Source: an uncultured Bdellovibrionales bacterium
Lineage (GTDB): Bacteria; Patescibacteriota; Minisyncoccia; Moranbacterales; UBA1568
Assembly: GCA_964579335.1 (NCBI GenBank)
Contig: CAZOFS010000001.1
Location: 11,196 to 75,195 of the forward strand
DNA: 64,000 nucleotides
Direction of reading: 5' to 3'
The translations under genes were made by a program, and so were the position numbers. The first letter of the stretch is position 1; every line of letters begins with the position of its first letter. The notes below the pieces were generated by a model. That model worked only from the letters and a program-made list of their open reading frames with translations. It had not been told where the DNA came from and made no database searches. This document shows, piece by piece, positions 46,791-56,561 of the stretch.

Positions 46791-48101
46791 ATGAAACTTT
46801 CTTTTCTCGGGACAGGCTATGTGGGACTGGTGTCGGGGGCGTGTATGGCCGAGATCGGGCATGAGGTGATTTGTGCTGATGTGGATAAAGACAAAATCGC
46901 CAAACTGAAAAAAGGGGTCATCCCGATTTATGAAATTGGGCTTGAGGAAATTGTCGAGCGCAATGTGCGGGAGGGACGACTGCGGTTCACCACTGACCTC
47001 AAGGAAGCGGTCCAGACATCGGAGGTAGTCTTTATGGCAGTCGGGACGCCCGAGGACAAGCTTACCGGCCAAGCGGATCTCCAGTATGTGTTTTCAGCTG
47101 CGGAAGTATTTGGCAAGCACTTGAATGGTTACAAAATCTTCGTCGATAAATCCACAGTGCCAGTAGGGACTGCGGAGAAGGTAGAGACTATTATTAAGCA
47201 AGCTTCCAAGGGTAAACATCCATTTGAAGTGGTTTCCAATCCTGAGTTTTTGCGTGAAGGAGCAGCGGTCAAAGATTTCCTCAATCCTGATCGGGTAGTG
47301 GTTGGGGCGACTTCTGCCAAGGCCAAAAAAATCATGGAGCAGATTTATCGACCGATTGCTCGGGCGGGGCGGCCAGTAGTGTTTACCGATGTGCGGAGTG
47401 CGGAGATCATCAAATATGCGGCCAATGCTTTCCTTGCTATGAAGATTACTTTCATCAATGAGGTGGCTAATTTCTGTGATGTAGCTGGTGGCAATGTCAA
47501 AGAAGTGGCTCGAGGTATTGGTTGCGACAATCGGATCGGTTCACGTTTCCTCTACGCCGGTATCGGTTATGGTGGATCATGTTTCCCCAAAGACGTGAAA
47601 GCTCTGATTGAAACGGGTCGTGAGTATGATGCCCACTTCCATATTATTGAAACGGTGAGTGAGGTCAACGAAGCCCAACGCATCAAACCATTTATCAAAC
47701 TCAAGAACGTGTTTGGTGATTCGCTCAAAGGGAAGACGGTTGCTGTCTGGGGTCTTGCTTTCAAGCCACGGACTGACGATATCCGAGAGGCACCTGGGAT
47801 TGAGAATATTAAACTCTTGCTTGAAGCAGGCGCTCGGGTCAAGACCTTTGATCCGGTAGCGATGCCCAACACTCAAAAAGTACTGCAGCATAAGAATCTC
47901 ATCTATACCAAAAAAGCCCTCGATGCCCTCAAGGGAGCTGATGCGCTCATTATCTGTACCGAGTGGGACGAGTTCCGGGTGGTAGACTACAAGGACCTAC
48001 GAAAGCTTATGAAGGGCACGCTCATCTATGATGGTCGCAATGTCCTCGAACGTTCCGAGGCCGAGGCTGCCGGTTTTACGTACTTTGGGATTGGAGTCTA
48101 A
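46791..48101 (+). CDS. ugd: UDP-glucose 6-dehydrogenase
   Basis: N-terminal FLGTGYVGLVSGACMAEIGHEV, the catalytic region GGSCFPKDV, and a length of 436 aa. Confidence 0.85.
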   Translation: MKLSFLGTGYVGLVSGACMAEIGHEVICADVDKDKIAKLKKGVIPIYEIGLEEIVERNVREGRLRFTTDLKEAVQTSEVVFMAVGTPEDKLTGQADLQYVFSAAEVFGKHLNGYKIFVDKSTVPVGTAEKVETIIKQASKGKHPFEVVSNPEFLREGAAVKDFLNPDRVVVGATSAKAKKIMEQIYRPIARAGRPVVFTDVRSAEIIKYAANAFLAMKITFINEVANFCDVAGGNVKEVARGIGCDNRIGSRFLYAGIGYGGSCFPKDVKALIETGREYDAHFHIIETVSEVNEAQRIKPFIKLKNVFGDSLKGKTVAVWGLAFKPRTDDIREAPGIENIKLLLEAGARVKTFDPVAMPNTQKVLQHKNLIYTKKALDALKGADALIICTEWDEFRVVDYKDLRKLMKGTLIYDGRNVLERSEAEAAGFTYFGIGV

Positions 48102-48190
48102 GACAATAATCAGTTATCAATTAGCAATCGACGAAGAGAGAATTATTTCAGGTTTTGTTAACTGCTTATTGTTTATTGATATTTGTTCCA

Positions 48191-49353
48191 TGAAGATTTT
48201 ATTTTTGAACTACGAATACCCGCCTTTGGGGGGCGGGGCGGCCAATGCCACGGCTCAGCTCCTGGCGGAATGGTCGCGGGACAGTGATCTCGAGGTGCAT
48301 CTCATTACCTCGAGTATTACGGCACATCTCGAACATGAGCGAGTCGGAGGCAAAGTGTATGTGCATCGTTTACCTATCGGAAAAGATTCAAAACGTCTTC
48401 ATCATCAGTCTATCAAAGACATTGTGCTTTATAGCGTCAAAGCCTGGTGGTTTGGGCGGAAACTTTTACGTGAACAAGCGCCTTTTGACGTGACCCTCGC
48501 TTTTTTTGGCGTGCCCTCCGGTTTTATCGCCTGGCTTTTTCGACAGAGCTTTGGCATTCCGTATGTCGTTGCTCTCCGCGGGTCCGATGTCCCTGGCTAT
48601 AGTCGCAAATTTACCTGGTTGTACCCACTGCTTCGCCCAGTCATTCGTCTCATTTGGAGAGGAGCAGGAGCGGTGGTACCCAATAGCGAGGGACTCGCGG
48701 CCTTGGCCCGCCAAACCGATCCACGACAAGTTTTTACCATTATCGAAAACGGAGTCGACACGAGGCAATTTATGCCTGACCCAACCAAGCGCCCAGTGGG
48801 GGAATGTATCATTACCCCCGGAGCTTCACGCGTGACAGAACGCAAAGGACTCAAGTATCTGATCGAGGCGGTAGCCGAGCTCATACCGCATTACCCGGAA
48901 CTCCGGCTCAAGATCATGGGAGATGGTGAGGCACGCCCAAGTTTGGAAGCGCTTGTGAAAGAATTGAAGCTTGAGGCTCATGTCACTTTTCTCGGGCGTG
49001 TCCCGAGAGAAGAGACGGCCCCACATTATCAGGAAGCCTCGCTCTTTGTCCTTCCATCACTCAATGAAGGGATGAGTAATGCTATGCTTGAGGCGCTCGC
49101 CTCGGGACTCCCTATCATTGCCACACCGACCGGTGGTACGGCTGAGCTTGTGACTGAAGGCAAAAATGGTCTGATTGTTCCAGAGAAGTCAGCTGATGCT
49201 TTGGCTCAGGCTATCGAAGTATTCCTCAAAAACAAACATCTTATCACCGAGTATGGCGTTGCGAGCCGGGCCAAAGCCGAGGCACAGGGCTGGGATAAAA
49301 CTGCCCAAGCTTTTTATCGTGTACTTGAAAGCGTAATCACCAAAACAGCTTAA
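48191..49353 (+). CDS. Glycosyltransferase family 4
   Basis: MKILFLNYEYPPLGGGAANA and NEGMSNAMLEALASGLPIIATPTGGTAELV. The ORF is open from 48028 but would overlap ugd, so the start is placed at 48191. Confidence 0.7.
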
Positions 49354-50333
49354 TGTCCTTAACTTTGAAACAGATACTTAAGTGGGGGATAGCTGGACTT
49401 CTTGTCTGGTGGCTTATTGGACATGTTGACTGGATTACGGTTCTTGGGATTCTCAAGCAGGTTTCGTTGCCGCTTATTGGACTCTACTGCGTGCTCCAAC
49501 TCGTAGGCAATCTTCTCTCGGCGGCCAAATGGCAAATGATTGCCAAGACCCAAGGCTTCACCTTCTCGCTTCGGGATGGATTTTTCAGCTATCTTTCGGG
49601 AGCCTTTATTAATAATTTCCTCCCATCGACGATCGGTGGAGATACGTACCGGACTCTGTGGATGAGCGAGCCCGGGAAACGTTTTGAAGCCTTTACCGTC
49701 GTTCTCTTTGATCGCCTGAGTGGACTCCTTGCTCTCTTTCTCTCAGCAGCGGTAGGACTCTTCTTATTGCCGTGGCAAGCGTTTATCGCTGATCCAATTC
49801 TCATCATTATTGGGCTCGTCATTATCAGTATGACGGTGTGTATTCTTATATCGCTTTTTTGGTTTACGGGCCTCTTTGAACTAGTCCTCCTCATTGTTGA
49901 TTGGGTACCGTTTGCGATCTTTGAACGTATCAAACAAATGATCGAGCGCTTCCGGCCCTTAATTGAGATCGATCTCTATCTGAAGTCGCTTCTCTACTCA
50001 CTCGTCTTTCTTGGGATTGGCGTTGGGCTGTCCAACCTTTTTCTCTGGCAGGCGCTCGGGGCCCCGTTCCCACTCCTTACTTTCTTTGGCTGTATCTTTC
50101 TCGCGACCCTCATTGCCAATATTCCTATCTCGGTCAACAATATCGGTGTCAAAGAATGGTCGTATATCCTCGTTTTTGGTCTGGTCGGTGCCTCGCCTGA
50201 GCTTGCGGTAACCGCAGCCCTCCTCTCCCGTCTCCTCCAGATGCTCCTCTCATTCATCGCCGTCCCAGCGTATCTACGATTCAAAAGAGTTGCTAATAAA
50301 CAGGCGCTTAGTTTATCTCAAGTTATTGAATAG
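49353..50333 (+). CDS. Lysylphosphatidylglycerol-synthase-TM-domain (UPF0104) family membrane protein, flippase-like accessory
   Basis: 326 aa with about 8 TM helices. KWQMIAKTQGFTFSLRDGFFSYLSGAFINNFLPSTIGGDTYR resembles the LPG_synthase_TM family. Start overlaps the GT4 stop by 1 nt. Confidence 0.55.
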   Translation: MSLTLKQILKWGIAGLLVWWLIGHVDWITVLGILKQVSLPLIGLYCVLQLVGNLLSAAKWQMIAKTQGFTFSLRDGFFSYLSGAFINNFLPSTIGGDTYRTLWMSEPGKRFEAFTVVLFDRLSGLLALFLSAAVGLFLLPWQAFIADPILIIIGLVIISMTVCILISLFWFTGLFELVLLIVDWVPFAIFERIKQMIERFRPLIEIDLYLKSLLYSLVFLGIGVGLSNLFLWQALGAPFPLLTFFGCIFLATLIANIPISVNNIGVKEWSYILVFGLVGASPELAVTAALLSRLLQMLLSFIAVPAYLRFKRVANKQALSLSQVIE

Positions 50334-50508
50334 GACTCGTCGGTTTGTACTCGAAATTTCTAGATCGCGTGGTACGAACGAGTCAGTTGGATTTAACGAG
50401 ACTACGAGGCAGTATTACTACTAGTTCTTTTTGGGCTGGCTACAATAGAAATTCCTGCGTTCAAACCTACTCACCCACTCGTCCTTTGCCCCTCATTCTT
50501 AGTAGTGA

Positions 50509-52413
50509 TCACTCCTTCTCAAACCGGACGATGTTGACGAAGTTGTCTGGGCGACCGTTGATGAGGAGTTCCCAATCGGGACGGTTTTGGACCTTATCTA
50601 CGTAGTAAGCGGTATCACGTTTGGGCCAGGGGTTGTTTTTGAGCACGGGCTGATTGCGGACTTTGATGACCCCGCGTTTGGACATGACGAAGTAATCGGG
50701 AGTAACTTGGGCGAGATCGATTTGGCGTGACTGGAGACACTTGCCAACGAAGAAACGGCAGACGGTATTACTATTGGACCAGATGATGAGGTTCTTCGCA
50801 TCGGGGAGCGTGTTGAGATATTCGGCTGCCTCATAGAAGCCATGGCCCCAGGAGTCATGGATGGATTGTTCGTTTGGCAGAAGGAAGTTGGTATAGCTGA
50901 AATAAAATGGTCGGAGCTGCCACAAGGTAATGGCACCGAGGATGAGGAAGAAGAGAGCGAGAGCGATCCAGGCTTTCTCGTGAAGTTTTGCTGGTACCAA
51001 GCGACGCACCCATTCATCGATGGTGAGGGCTCCGGCGAGGGCTAAGAGTGGGAAGAGGAAAATCATATAGCGGGCATTGGTCACTACCTTGGCAAAATAG
51101 GTCGCTACGAGATACAAGATAACGAATGAAAATACCGCTAGCAGTACGGTCTTGGTGCGAGGACTGAAGATATCGCGCCAGAGGCCAATCAAGCCAAGGA
51201 GGAGGGCGAGGAATACGATGGGAGTGAGTGAAAACACTAAGGGTGAGATTTCCATGATGCCAATTGCAAACCACTTTTCCCAAAATGGGGCCGTCTTGAG
51301 GAGTACGGGTTTGAAGTTGAAGGCCTGGGGTTCATTGGCATAAGCCGCATCTTTGAGAGCTTCGACTGGAACCAAAGCCTGACCAGTCCAGGCGTTAACG
51401 ATGGTTATGAGAAACACCGTACTAAAGAGGATGACTACAGTTTTGGTAATGACTGATTGGAAATTTCTGATCCAAACCTGGAATTTCGCCAACCGATCAT
51501 CAGTGCACCATTTCCAAGCGAGAAAACTGGTGATGCTACCGAGGACGAGTAGAGCTACCCAGTAGGGTACATGTTTGGCGGTAAAAAATTGTGAAGCTCC
51601 TTTGAAGAAGAGGCTGGGGTCGAGAAAGGTGGCTGGGAGTACTATGAAAAAAGTTAGGGTAGCTAGGCCAAAAATCTTGAGGAGGGCGAGGAAGTGTTTC
51701 CAGGTATTATGACGAGTGAGCGTAGCCTTGGCTTCATCGGTAGCAAACAGCGCATAGCCCAAGAGCAAGAGTCCGAAGAGAGGAAAGAGGAGGAAAGCCG
51801 TGTATTTGGAGAGGAGCGCGAAGCCAGTCATGAGACCAGTCACGAGGAGCAGGCGGGGATGACCACGAAAGAGGAAGCCGAGGTACGAGAGTACCGAGAG
51901 GAAACCGAAGATCCAGAAAAAGCTGTCAGGGTTGATCACCTGGGCGATCCCCACGAGGATAGGATTGAGACCGATGAGGATGGTAGCGAGGAGTGCGATG
52001 GTGGTTGATTGGAAGATAGAGTGGATGAAAAAGAAAAAGGCGATGAGGGCGATGGTACTGACGACAAGAATGGGGAGACGGAAGCGAATATTGACGAGTT
52101 CGGTCTGATCTTCCCGGTAGTCCTCAAAAAATTTGGCCTCCTCGGGTGGGAGGGCGACGAGTTCGCTTCGTTCGGGATGAGCGTCGGGGATGAGGCCGAT
52201 GCCAGAAAAGATAGCGACGGTGATGCCGGGTTTGTCATTGATGTAGGTTTTCTCGAGTTTCCAGTCGCGCCAGCCTTCCCAGTAGTCGCCGATGCGTTTG
52301 TATTTCCAGAGATGTTCATCGGTGGTCTCAAATTTTCCGAGATGGTACCAGCCAAAACTGGCGAAGAGAAACGCGGTAAGGAAGGCGAGACTAATGGCAG
52401 CTGAACGTGACAT
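50509..52413 (-). CDS. GT-C family membrane glycosyltransferase (ArnT/PMT_2-like), paralog of 52425-54788
   Basis: 634 aa with about 13 TM helices. First-loop motif TDEHLWKYKRIGDYWEG...DKPGIT is shared with the neighbouring paralog. C-terminal soluble domain. Confidence 0.55.
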   Translation of the reverse strand: MSRSAAISLAFLTAFLFASFGWYHLGKFETTDEHLWKYKRIGDYWEGWRDWKLEKTYINDKPGITVAIFSGIGLIPDAHPERSELVALPPEEAKFFEDYREDQTELVNIRFRLPILVVSTIALIAFFFFIHSIFQSTTIALLATILIGLNPILVGIAQVINPDSFFWIFGFLSVLSYLGFLFRGHPRLLLVTGLMTGFALLSKYTAFLLFPLFGLLLLGYALFATDEAKATLTRHNTWKHFLALLKIFGLATLTFFIVLPATFLDPSLFFKGASQFFTAKHVPYWVALLVLGSITSFLAWKWCTDDRLAKFQVWIRNFQSVITKTVVILFSTVFLITIVNAWTGQALVPVEALKDAAYANEPQAFNFKPVLLKTAPFWEKWFAIGIMEISPLVFSLTPIVFLALLLGLIGLWRDIFSPRTKTVLLAVFSFVILYLVATYFAKVVTNARYMIFLFPLLALAGALTIDEWVRRLVPAKLHEKAWIALALFFLILGAITLWQLRPFYFSYTNFLLPNEQSIHDSWGHGFYEAAEYLNTLPDAKNLIIWSNSNTVCRFFVGKCLQSRQIDLAQVTPDYFVMSKRGVIKVRNQPVLKNNPWPKRDTAYYVDKVQNRPDWELLINGRPDNFVNIVRFEKE

Positions 52414-52424
52414 AGGGAGAAGGA

Positions 52425-54788
52425 TTAGGGATTGAGATGAAATACTTTGACCGTTTGGCCTGAACGACCATTGATGTTAATGGTATAGAAAGCATCATCA
52501 CGCTGATAATAGCTATCGAGATGGGTGAAATCTTGAACATGAGTTTCGGATGGAGCATCAATAGGATTCACTCGATTACGAATGCGAGATTCACGACCAG
52601 AAGAGAGTACAAGGTAGCGCACGGAATACCCTTCAATTTTTTTGAAGTTGAAACCATCAAAACAGGGACCAATATAGAATTTGCATACACCGCTCTTGTC
52701 AGTCCAGATAGCAGTGACGTGTGCGTTTGGGAGTCTGTTGAGGTATTCGGCTGCTTCATAACTGCCTGCCCCCATATCTTTGACATCGACCGACAGAGTG
52801 TTGGGGAGCAAGGATGAATTGTAGGAAAGGGGGAATGGAGTGGTGAGTGGTGAGAATACCAGGAGGAGGACGAGAGTTAGCAAGGTTGGGTGCCAGAGAG
52901 AAGGAGTATCGAGAGATCGGTGAAAGCGCTCCAAGAGCGTCTTGAGGCCCCAGGTGAGGCCAATACCACTGAGTATGGCAAGGAGAGGATAGAGCATGAT
53001 TTGATAGCGGTTGATGAGGGCTACTTCATTGATCGTAGAGCCGAGATAGAAGAGGAGGATAAAGAGGAGAAGTATGAGTACGAGGCGTTCGGTGACTCCT
53101 CGCCCAGCGGGGCTCGTGCGCCAGGTTTTGACGATAGCGATGAGGCTTCCGAGAACAATGAGGGGGACAGAGCCAAAGAGGAGTGGATAGCCGTGTGCAA
53201 GAAAGATAGACACGAGGCCATAGAATTTGGAAATACTTTTGGGTGAGGTGAGAATTTCAGTGAAGTTGAGCCAAGGCATACCAGTTATCCCATTGATAAA
53301 GACAAAGGCAAAGAGGAGGCTAAATGTCGTGAGGATGAGGATGGTAATCACTTGAGCTGAGCATTCCAGCCAATGAATAACTTTGGTGCTGAAACGACTC
53401 TTGAAGAGGAGTTGATCCAAAAAGACGATGAGAATAATGGTGATGAAGAGCCAAGCTACTTTCTCAAATGCTTGGCTGAAAATAGTGCTCGTGAGGAGAC
53501 GGGCTGGGTTGACCCAAAAGGCGGGGACCGCCACATAAAGGACGCTGAGGCCAATGCCGAGCCAAATAAAAAAAGCCTGAAGGGAATGTTTGAGCGTCTT
53601 GGGCGTGGCATGACCTTTCCAAATTGGGTAGAGGAAGACGAGGCCAAACAAGAAGACAACCAAAAAGTTCGCCACGTATTTGGTGAGGAGAGCTAGTCCA
53701 AAAAGAACACCCGAGAGCACGAGGAAGCGCCAAACCTTTTTTTCAATGAAGACGAGATAGGCGAGGAGTGAGAGGGGGGCAAATATCCAGAGGAGTGAAT
53801 CAGGATTAACGATTTTACTGATCCCAATGAGTATTGGGGCGAGCGTGATCCCAGCATAGCTTATGAGAGCCGCCTTGGGTCCGATGAGAGGGAAGAGAAG
53901 GAGATAAAAGAGGGGAAGTAAGCAAGTGATGACGATAAGGAGTGGTAGGCGAAAGGCGAGATAAAAATGCTCGATTTTGAGCGCAGGGTTTTTGGCCTGA
54001 TATTCGTAGCGAGTGTCGCGATAGTGGCTCGGATCTACTACGAGGAGTGCTGGGCCAGTGCTCCAAACGATAGTGATGCCTGGTTTATCGCTCACGAGAG
54101 TTCTCTCCATAGCCTGGGCCGAGAGGTGTTTCCAAAATTTACCAATTCGACCATCGAGCCAGAGTGGTTCATCGACGGCAGCAAAACGGGCCAGGTTCTG
54201 GAGGCCAAAGAGGAGAAAGACCAGTGTCAGTCCCGTTATCCACAAGAGTGCCCAGCGGCTTCCGTGGTCGTGCCAGGAGAGAGGAGAGAGAATAGTGGTT
54301 GGTTCAGTATCATTTGATTCGTGCTTTTCGCGTACAATGAAGTTTCTCGCCCAGTAAGTAAATATTCCTATGACATAGAGTCCGACAGAGAGATCAACGA
54401 GATAATGGAACTCTCGAGCTAATATGAGACCAATACTGAGTATGAATGCTACGGGGAAAAAAGAAATGAGAAGACTGCGGCACAAAAGAGTATCAATATG
54501 ACGGCTGTGTTGCCAGGTGATCCAAGTAGTCATGATACTGAGGATGGGAAACGTCACATAGAAGCAATCATTACTCAAAAACCAACTCAATCTAGCTAAG
54601 GGTAGCCAGGGTTGGGCAACAAAGAGAAGGGTAATGAGAGTGAGGAGTGATCGGAGGATGAAAAGAGGAGTGGGTCGTAACATAAAAAAACGTAGACAAG
54701 CGCCAAAAACGGCGTAAAATAAAGAGGTCAGGGGACTCAAAACAGCCTCAGTATAGCGTAATTTCTTCCAAAAAGGAATCACATGCAT
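52425..54788 (-). CDS. GT-C family membrane glycosyltransferase (ArnT/PMT_2-like) with an N-terminal TM extension
   Basis: 787 aa. AVDEPLWLDGRIGKFW...DKPGIT aligns with the DE..LW...RIG..W...DKPGIT motif of the 50509-52413 product. C-terminal beta-rich soluble domain. Confidence 0.55.
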   Translation of the reverse strand: MHVIPFWKKLRYTEAVLSPLTSLFYAVFGACLRFFMLRPTPLFILRSLLTLITLLFVAQPWLPLARLSWFLSNDCFYVTFPILSIMTTWITWQHSRHIDTLLCRSLLISFFPVAFILSIGLILAREFHYLVDLSVGLYVIGIFTYWARNFIVREKHESNDTEPTTILSPLSWHDHGSRWALLWITGLTLVFLLFGLQNLARFAAVDEPLWLDGRIGKFWKHLSAQAMERTLVSDKPGITIVWSTGPALLVVDPSHYRDTRYEYQAKNPALKIEHFYLAFRLPLLIVITCLLPLFYLLLFPLIGPKAALISYAGITLAPILIGISKIVNPDSLLWIFAPLSLLAYLVFIEKKVWRFLVLSGVLFGLALLTKYVANFLVVFLFGLVFLYPIWKGHATPKTLKHSLQAFFIWLGIGLSVLYVAVPAFWVNPARLLTSTIFSQAFEKVAWLFITIILIVFLDQLLFKSRFSTKVIHWLECSAQVITILILTTFSLLFAFVFINGITGMPWLNFTEILTSPKSISKFYGLVSIFLAHGYPLLFGSVPLIVLGSLIAIVKTWRTSPAGRGVTERLVLILLLFILLFYLGSTINEVALINRYQIMLYPLLAILSGIGLTWGLKTLLERFHRSLDTPSLWHPTLLTLVLLLVFSPLTTPFPLSYNSSLLPNTLSVDVKDMGAGSYEAAEYLNRLPNAHVTAIWTDKSGVCKFYIGPCFDGFNFKKIEGYSVRYLVLSSGRESRIRNRVNPIDAPSETHVQDFTHLDSYYQRDDAFYTININGRSGQTVKVFHLNP

Positions 54789-56561
54789 TGGTCAAAAAAG
54801 CAAGTAGTGTGGGGAATGATTTTTCTCATCGTAGGACTTGGTGCTTGGCTTCGGGTGTATCACCTCGATGATTGGCTTCACTTCGAACTCGATCAGGCTC
54901 GAGACGTGCGGGTGATCGATATCGCTCTCGAGGGCGATCTAGCTGATCTCCCGCTTTTGGGTCCTCGGGCTGGCGGGACTTTCCTCCGTCTCGGCCCAGG
55001 TTTCTACTGGCTCGAATACCTTGGCTCACTCTTGCTGGGTGACTCGGTAGTGGGGAGTGCAGCCATGGTAGCCTTCTTTTCCATTCTCTCTCTACCTTTG
55101 TTTTATCTTTTGGCCCGGCGATTTTTCCCCGTGCCGCTTGCTTTGGGACTCCTCGGACTCATGGCAGTCTCTACTTTTATGGTTATGTATGGTCGCTTTG
55201 CTTGGAATCCTAACCTCGTGCCGTTTTTCTCACTCCTCGGTTTCTATGCTTTGCTTCGCGCGGTAGATGATGAGGAATCACATCGGGGCCGGTGGCTCCT
55301 TCTCTCTGGATTCGCGCTTGCTTTGGCGACCCATATGCACTTCCTCGCCTTCCTCGCCCTTCCGACCATCGCCGTGCTTCTCCTCCTCATCAAACGTCCG
55401 CGTATCGCTCTCAAGTTTTGGGTGGGGGCGTTTGGTATTGTAGCCCTCCTGTATCTTCCAATGATGTTGAATGAAATAGCCACGGGTGGTGACAATGCCC
55501 GTGAGTTTGTGGCAGCTCTTACGGAAAAGTCTGAGAAAGAAGATCATCCACTGATTGAAAAGGCAGTACGGAATGTGAGCGAGTTTGGTCTCCATAGTGT
55601 AGTCATTCTTACCGGTTTTGAGGGGGCGACTTTCCCCTCGATTATCCTCTCCGACGGTGTGATTGGTTCGGTCTGTGATGCCAAGTGTGATCGAGGGAAA
55701 TGGTATGGGGTAGCAGCTATTATCCTCTTGGGTTTGGCACTCCTCTCGCTAACCTATCTCTGGTGGCGGGAGACAGAAACAAAGAAGAAGGACCTCTTAC
55801 TCTTGGCCCTTCTCTGGTTTGGGGTTACTTTTGTGCTTTACCTCCCTCTCTCCTATGGCATTGCTCCTCGTTTTTTTCTCCCAAATGCCCCGCTCTTTTT
55901 CTTGCTTTTGGGTTGTTTCATTCTTGTTTTACAAAGACTTTTTTTCTCAGTCCGACTGGGGAGAGCACTCATGGGAGGGGTAATAGGATTTTTTATCTTC
56001 ACCAATCTCCATTTTCTCCTCGCTCGTTTTGATGAATTATCACGGGCTGGGACCGAAGCAGTCGTCAGTGCCCCTGATCGCATCCTCAAAGAGCCGACTC
56101 GGGTGACGCTCGAGCAACAAAAAGCCATTGCGGACTTCCTCGCACGGCGCTCACAGGAGAGTAGCCTACCGATTTATATGGCGAGTGAGTCGCATTATGA
56201 ACGAGCGCTCAAGTATCACCTCGATCAGCGTAGGCTAGAGAGTGATGGTCTCGGTATAACTCATATTTACCGAGAAGGCCTCTATTTCCTCATCATTCGG
56301 GCTACCTCAGACCATACTGACGCACTCGAGAAGTATCTGCCGCATTATACGGTCGGTGAAACCATTTCTTTTGGAACGCTGGTGGCGATCGAACTTGTAC
56401 CCAAGCAAGAATCAATTACAGCCGAGCGCCAGGATTTCTTCGCTCCCGAAAAGCCAATTCGTTCCCGTGTGGCCCCACGCTATACGCTGCGTGAGTTCCT
56501 TTCTCGGGAAGAACCAAACAAAGACAGTGATGATCCAGCCGAGGATGTACAGGATGAGTGA
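54783..56561 (+). CDS. Polytopic membrane protein, GT-C-like (ArnT/PMT_2-type), with a C-terminal soluble domain
   Basis: 592 aa. The first loop HFELDQARDVRVIDIALEGDL has a DQ-AR acidic motif, followed by about 11 TM helices. Divergent from the previous gene, with abutting start codons. Confidence 0.45.
   Translation: MHWSKKQVVWGMIFLIVGLGAWLRVYHLDDWLHFELDQARDVRVIDIALEGDLADLPLLGPRAGGTFLRLGPGFYWLEYLGSLLLGDSVVGSAAMVAFFSILSLPLFYLLARRFFPVPLALGLLGLMAVSTFMVMYGRFAWNPNLVPFFSLLGFYALLRAVDDEESHRGRWLLLSGFALALATHMHFLAFLALPTIAVLLLLIKRPRIALKFWVGAFGIVALLYLPMMLNEIATGGDNAREFVAALTEKSEKEDHPLIEKAVRNVSEFGLHSVVILTGFEGATFPSIILSDGVIGSVCDAKCDRGKWYGVAAIILLGLALLSLTYLWWRETETKKKDLLLLALLWFGVTFVLYLPLSYGIAPRFFLPNAPLFFLLLGCFILVLQRLFFSVRLGRALMGGVIGFFIFTNLHFLLARFDELSRAGTEAVVSAPDRILKEPTRVTLEQQKAIADFLARRSQESSLPIYMASESHYERALKYHLDQRRLESDGLGITHIYREGLYFLIIRATSDHTDALEKYLPHYTVGETISFGTLVAIELVPKQESITAERQDFFAPEKPIRSRVAPRYTLREFLSREEPNKDSDDPAEDVQDE

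Noticed and set aside
48028-48190. Upstream extension of the GT4 gene into ugd
   Set aside because: It overlaps the ugd C-terminus. The conserved GT4 N-terminus MKILFLNYEYPPLGGG begins at 48191.
50334-50508. 175-bp convergent intergenic region inspected for tRNA, tmRNA or a small ORF (50345-50605)
   Set aside because: No tRNA cloverleaf signatures (no GTTCGAATC-type T-arm, no conserved D-loop). Only an imperfect long-loop inverted repeat. The 86-aa ORF is Ser/Thr/Arg-rich and overlaps the downstream minus-strand gene.
56356-56553. Upstream extension of the beta-helix gene (ORF open from 56356)
   Set aside because: It would overlap the preceding gene by about 200 nt in another frame. The signal peptide begins right after the ATG at 56554, so the shorter start is preferred.
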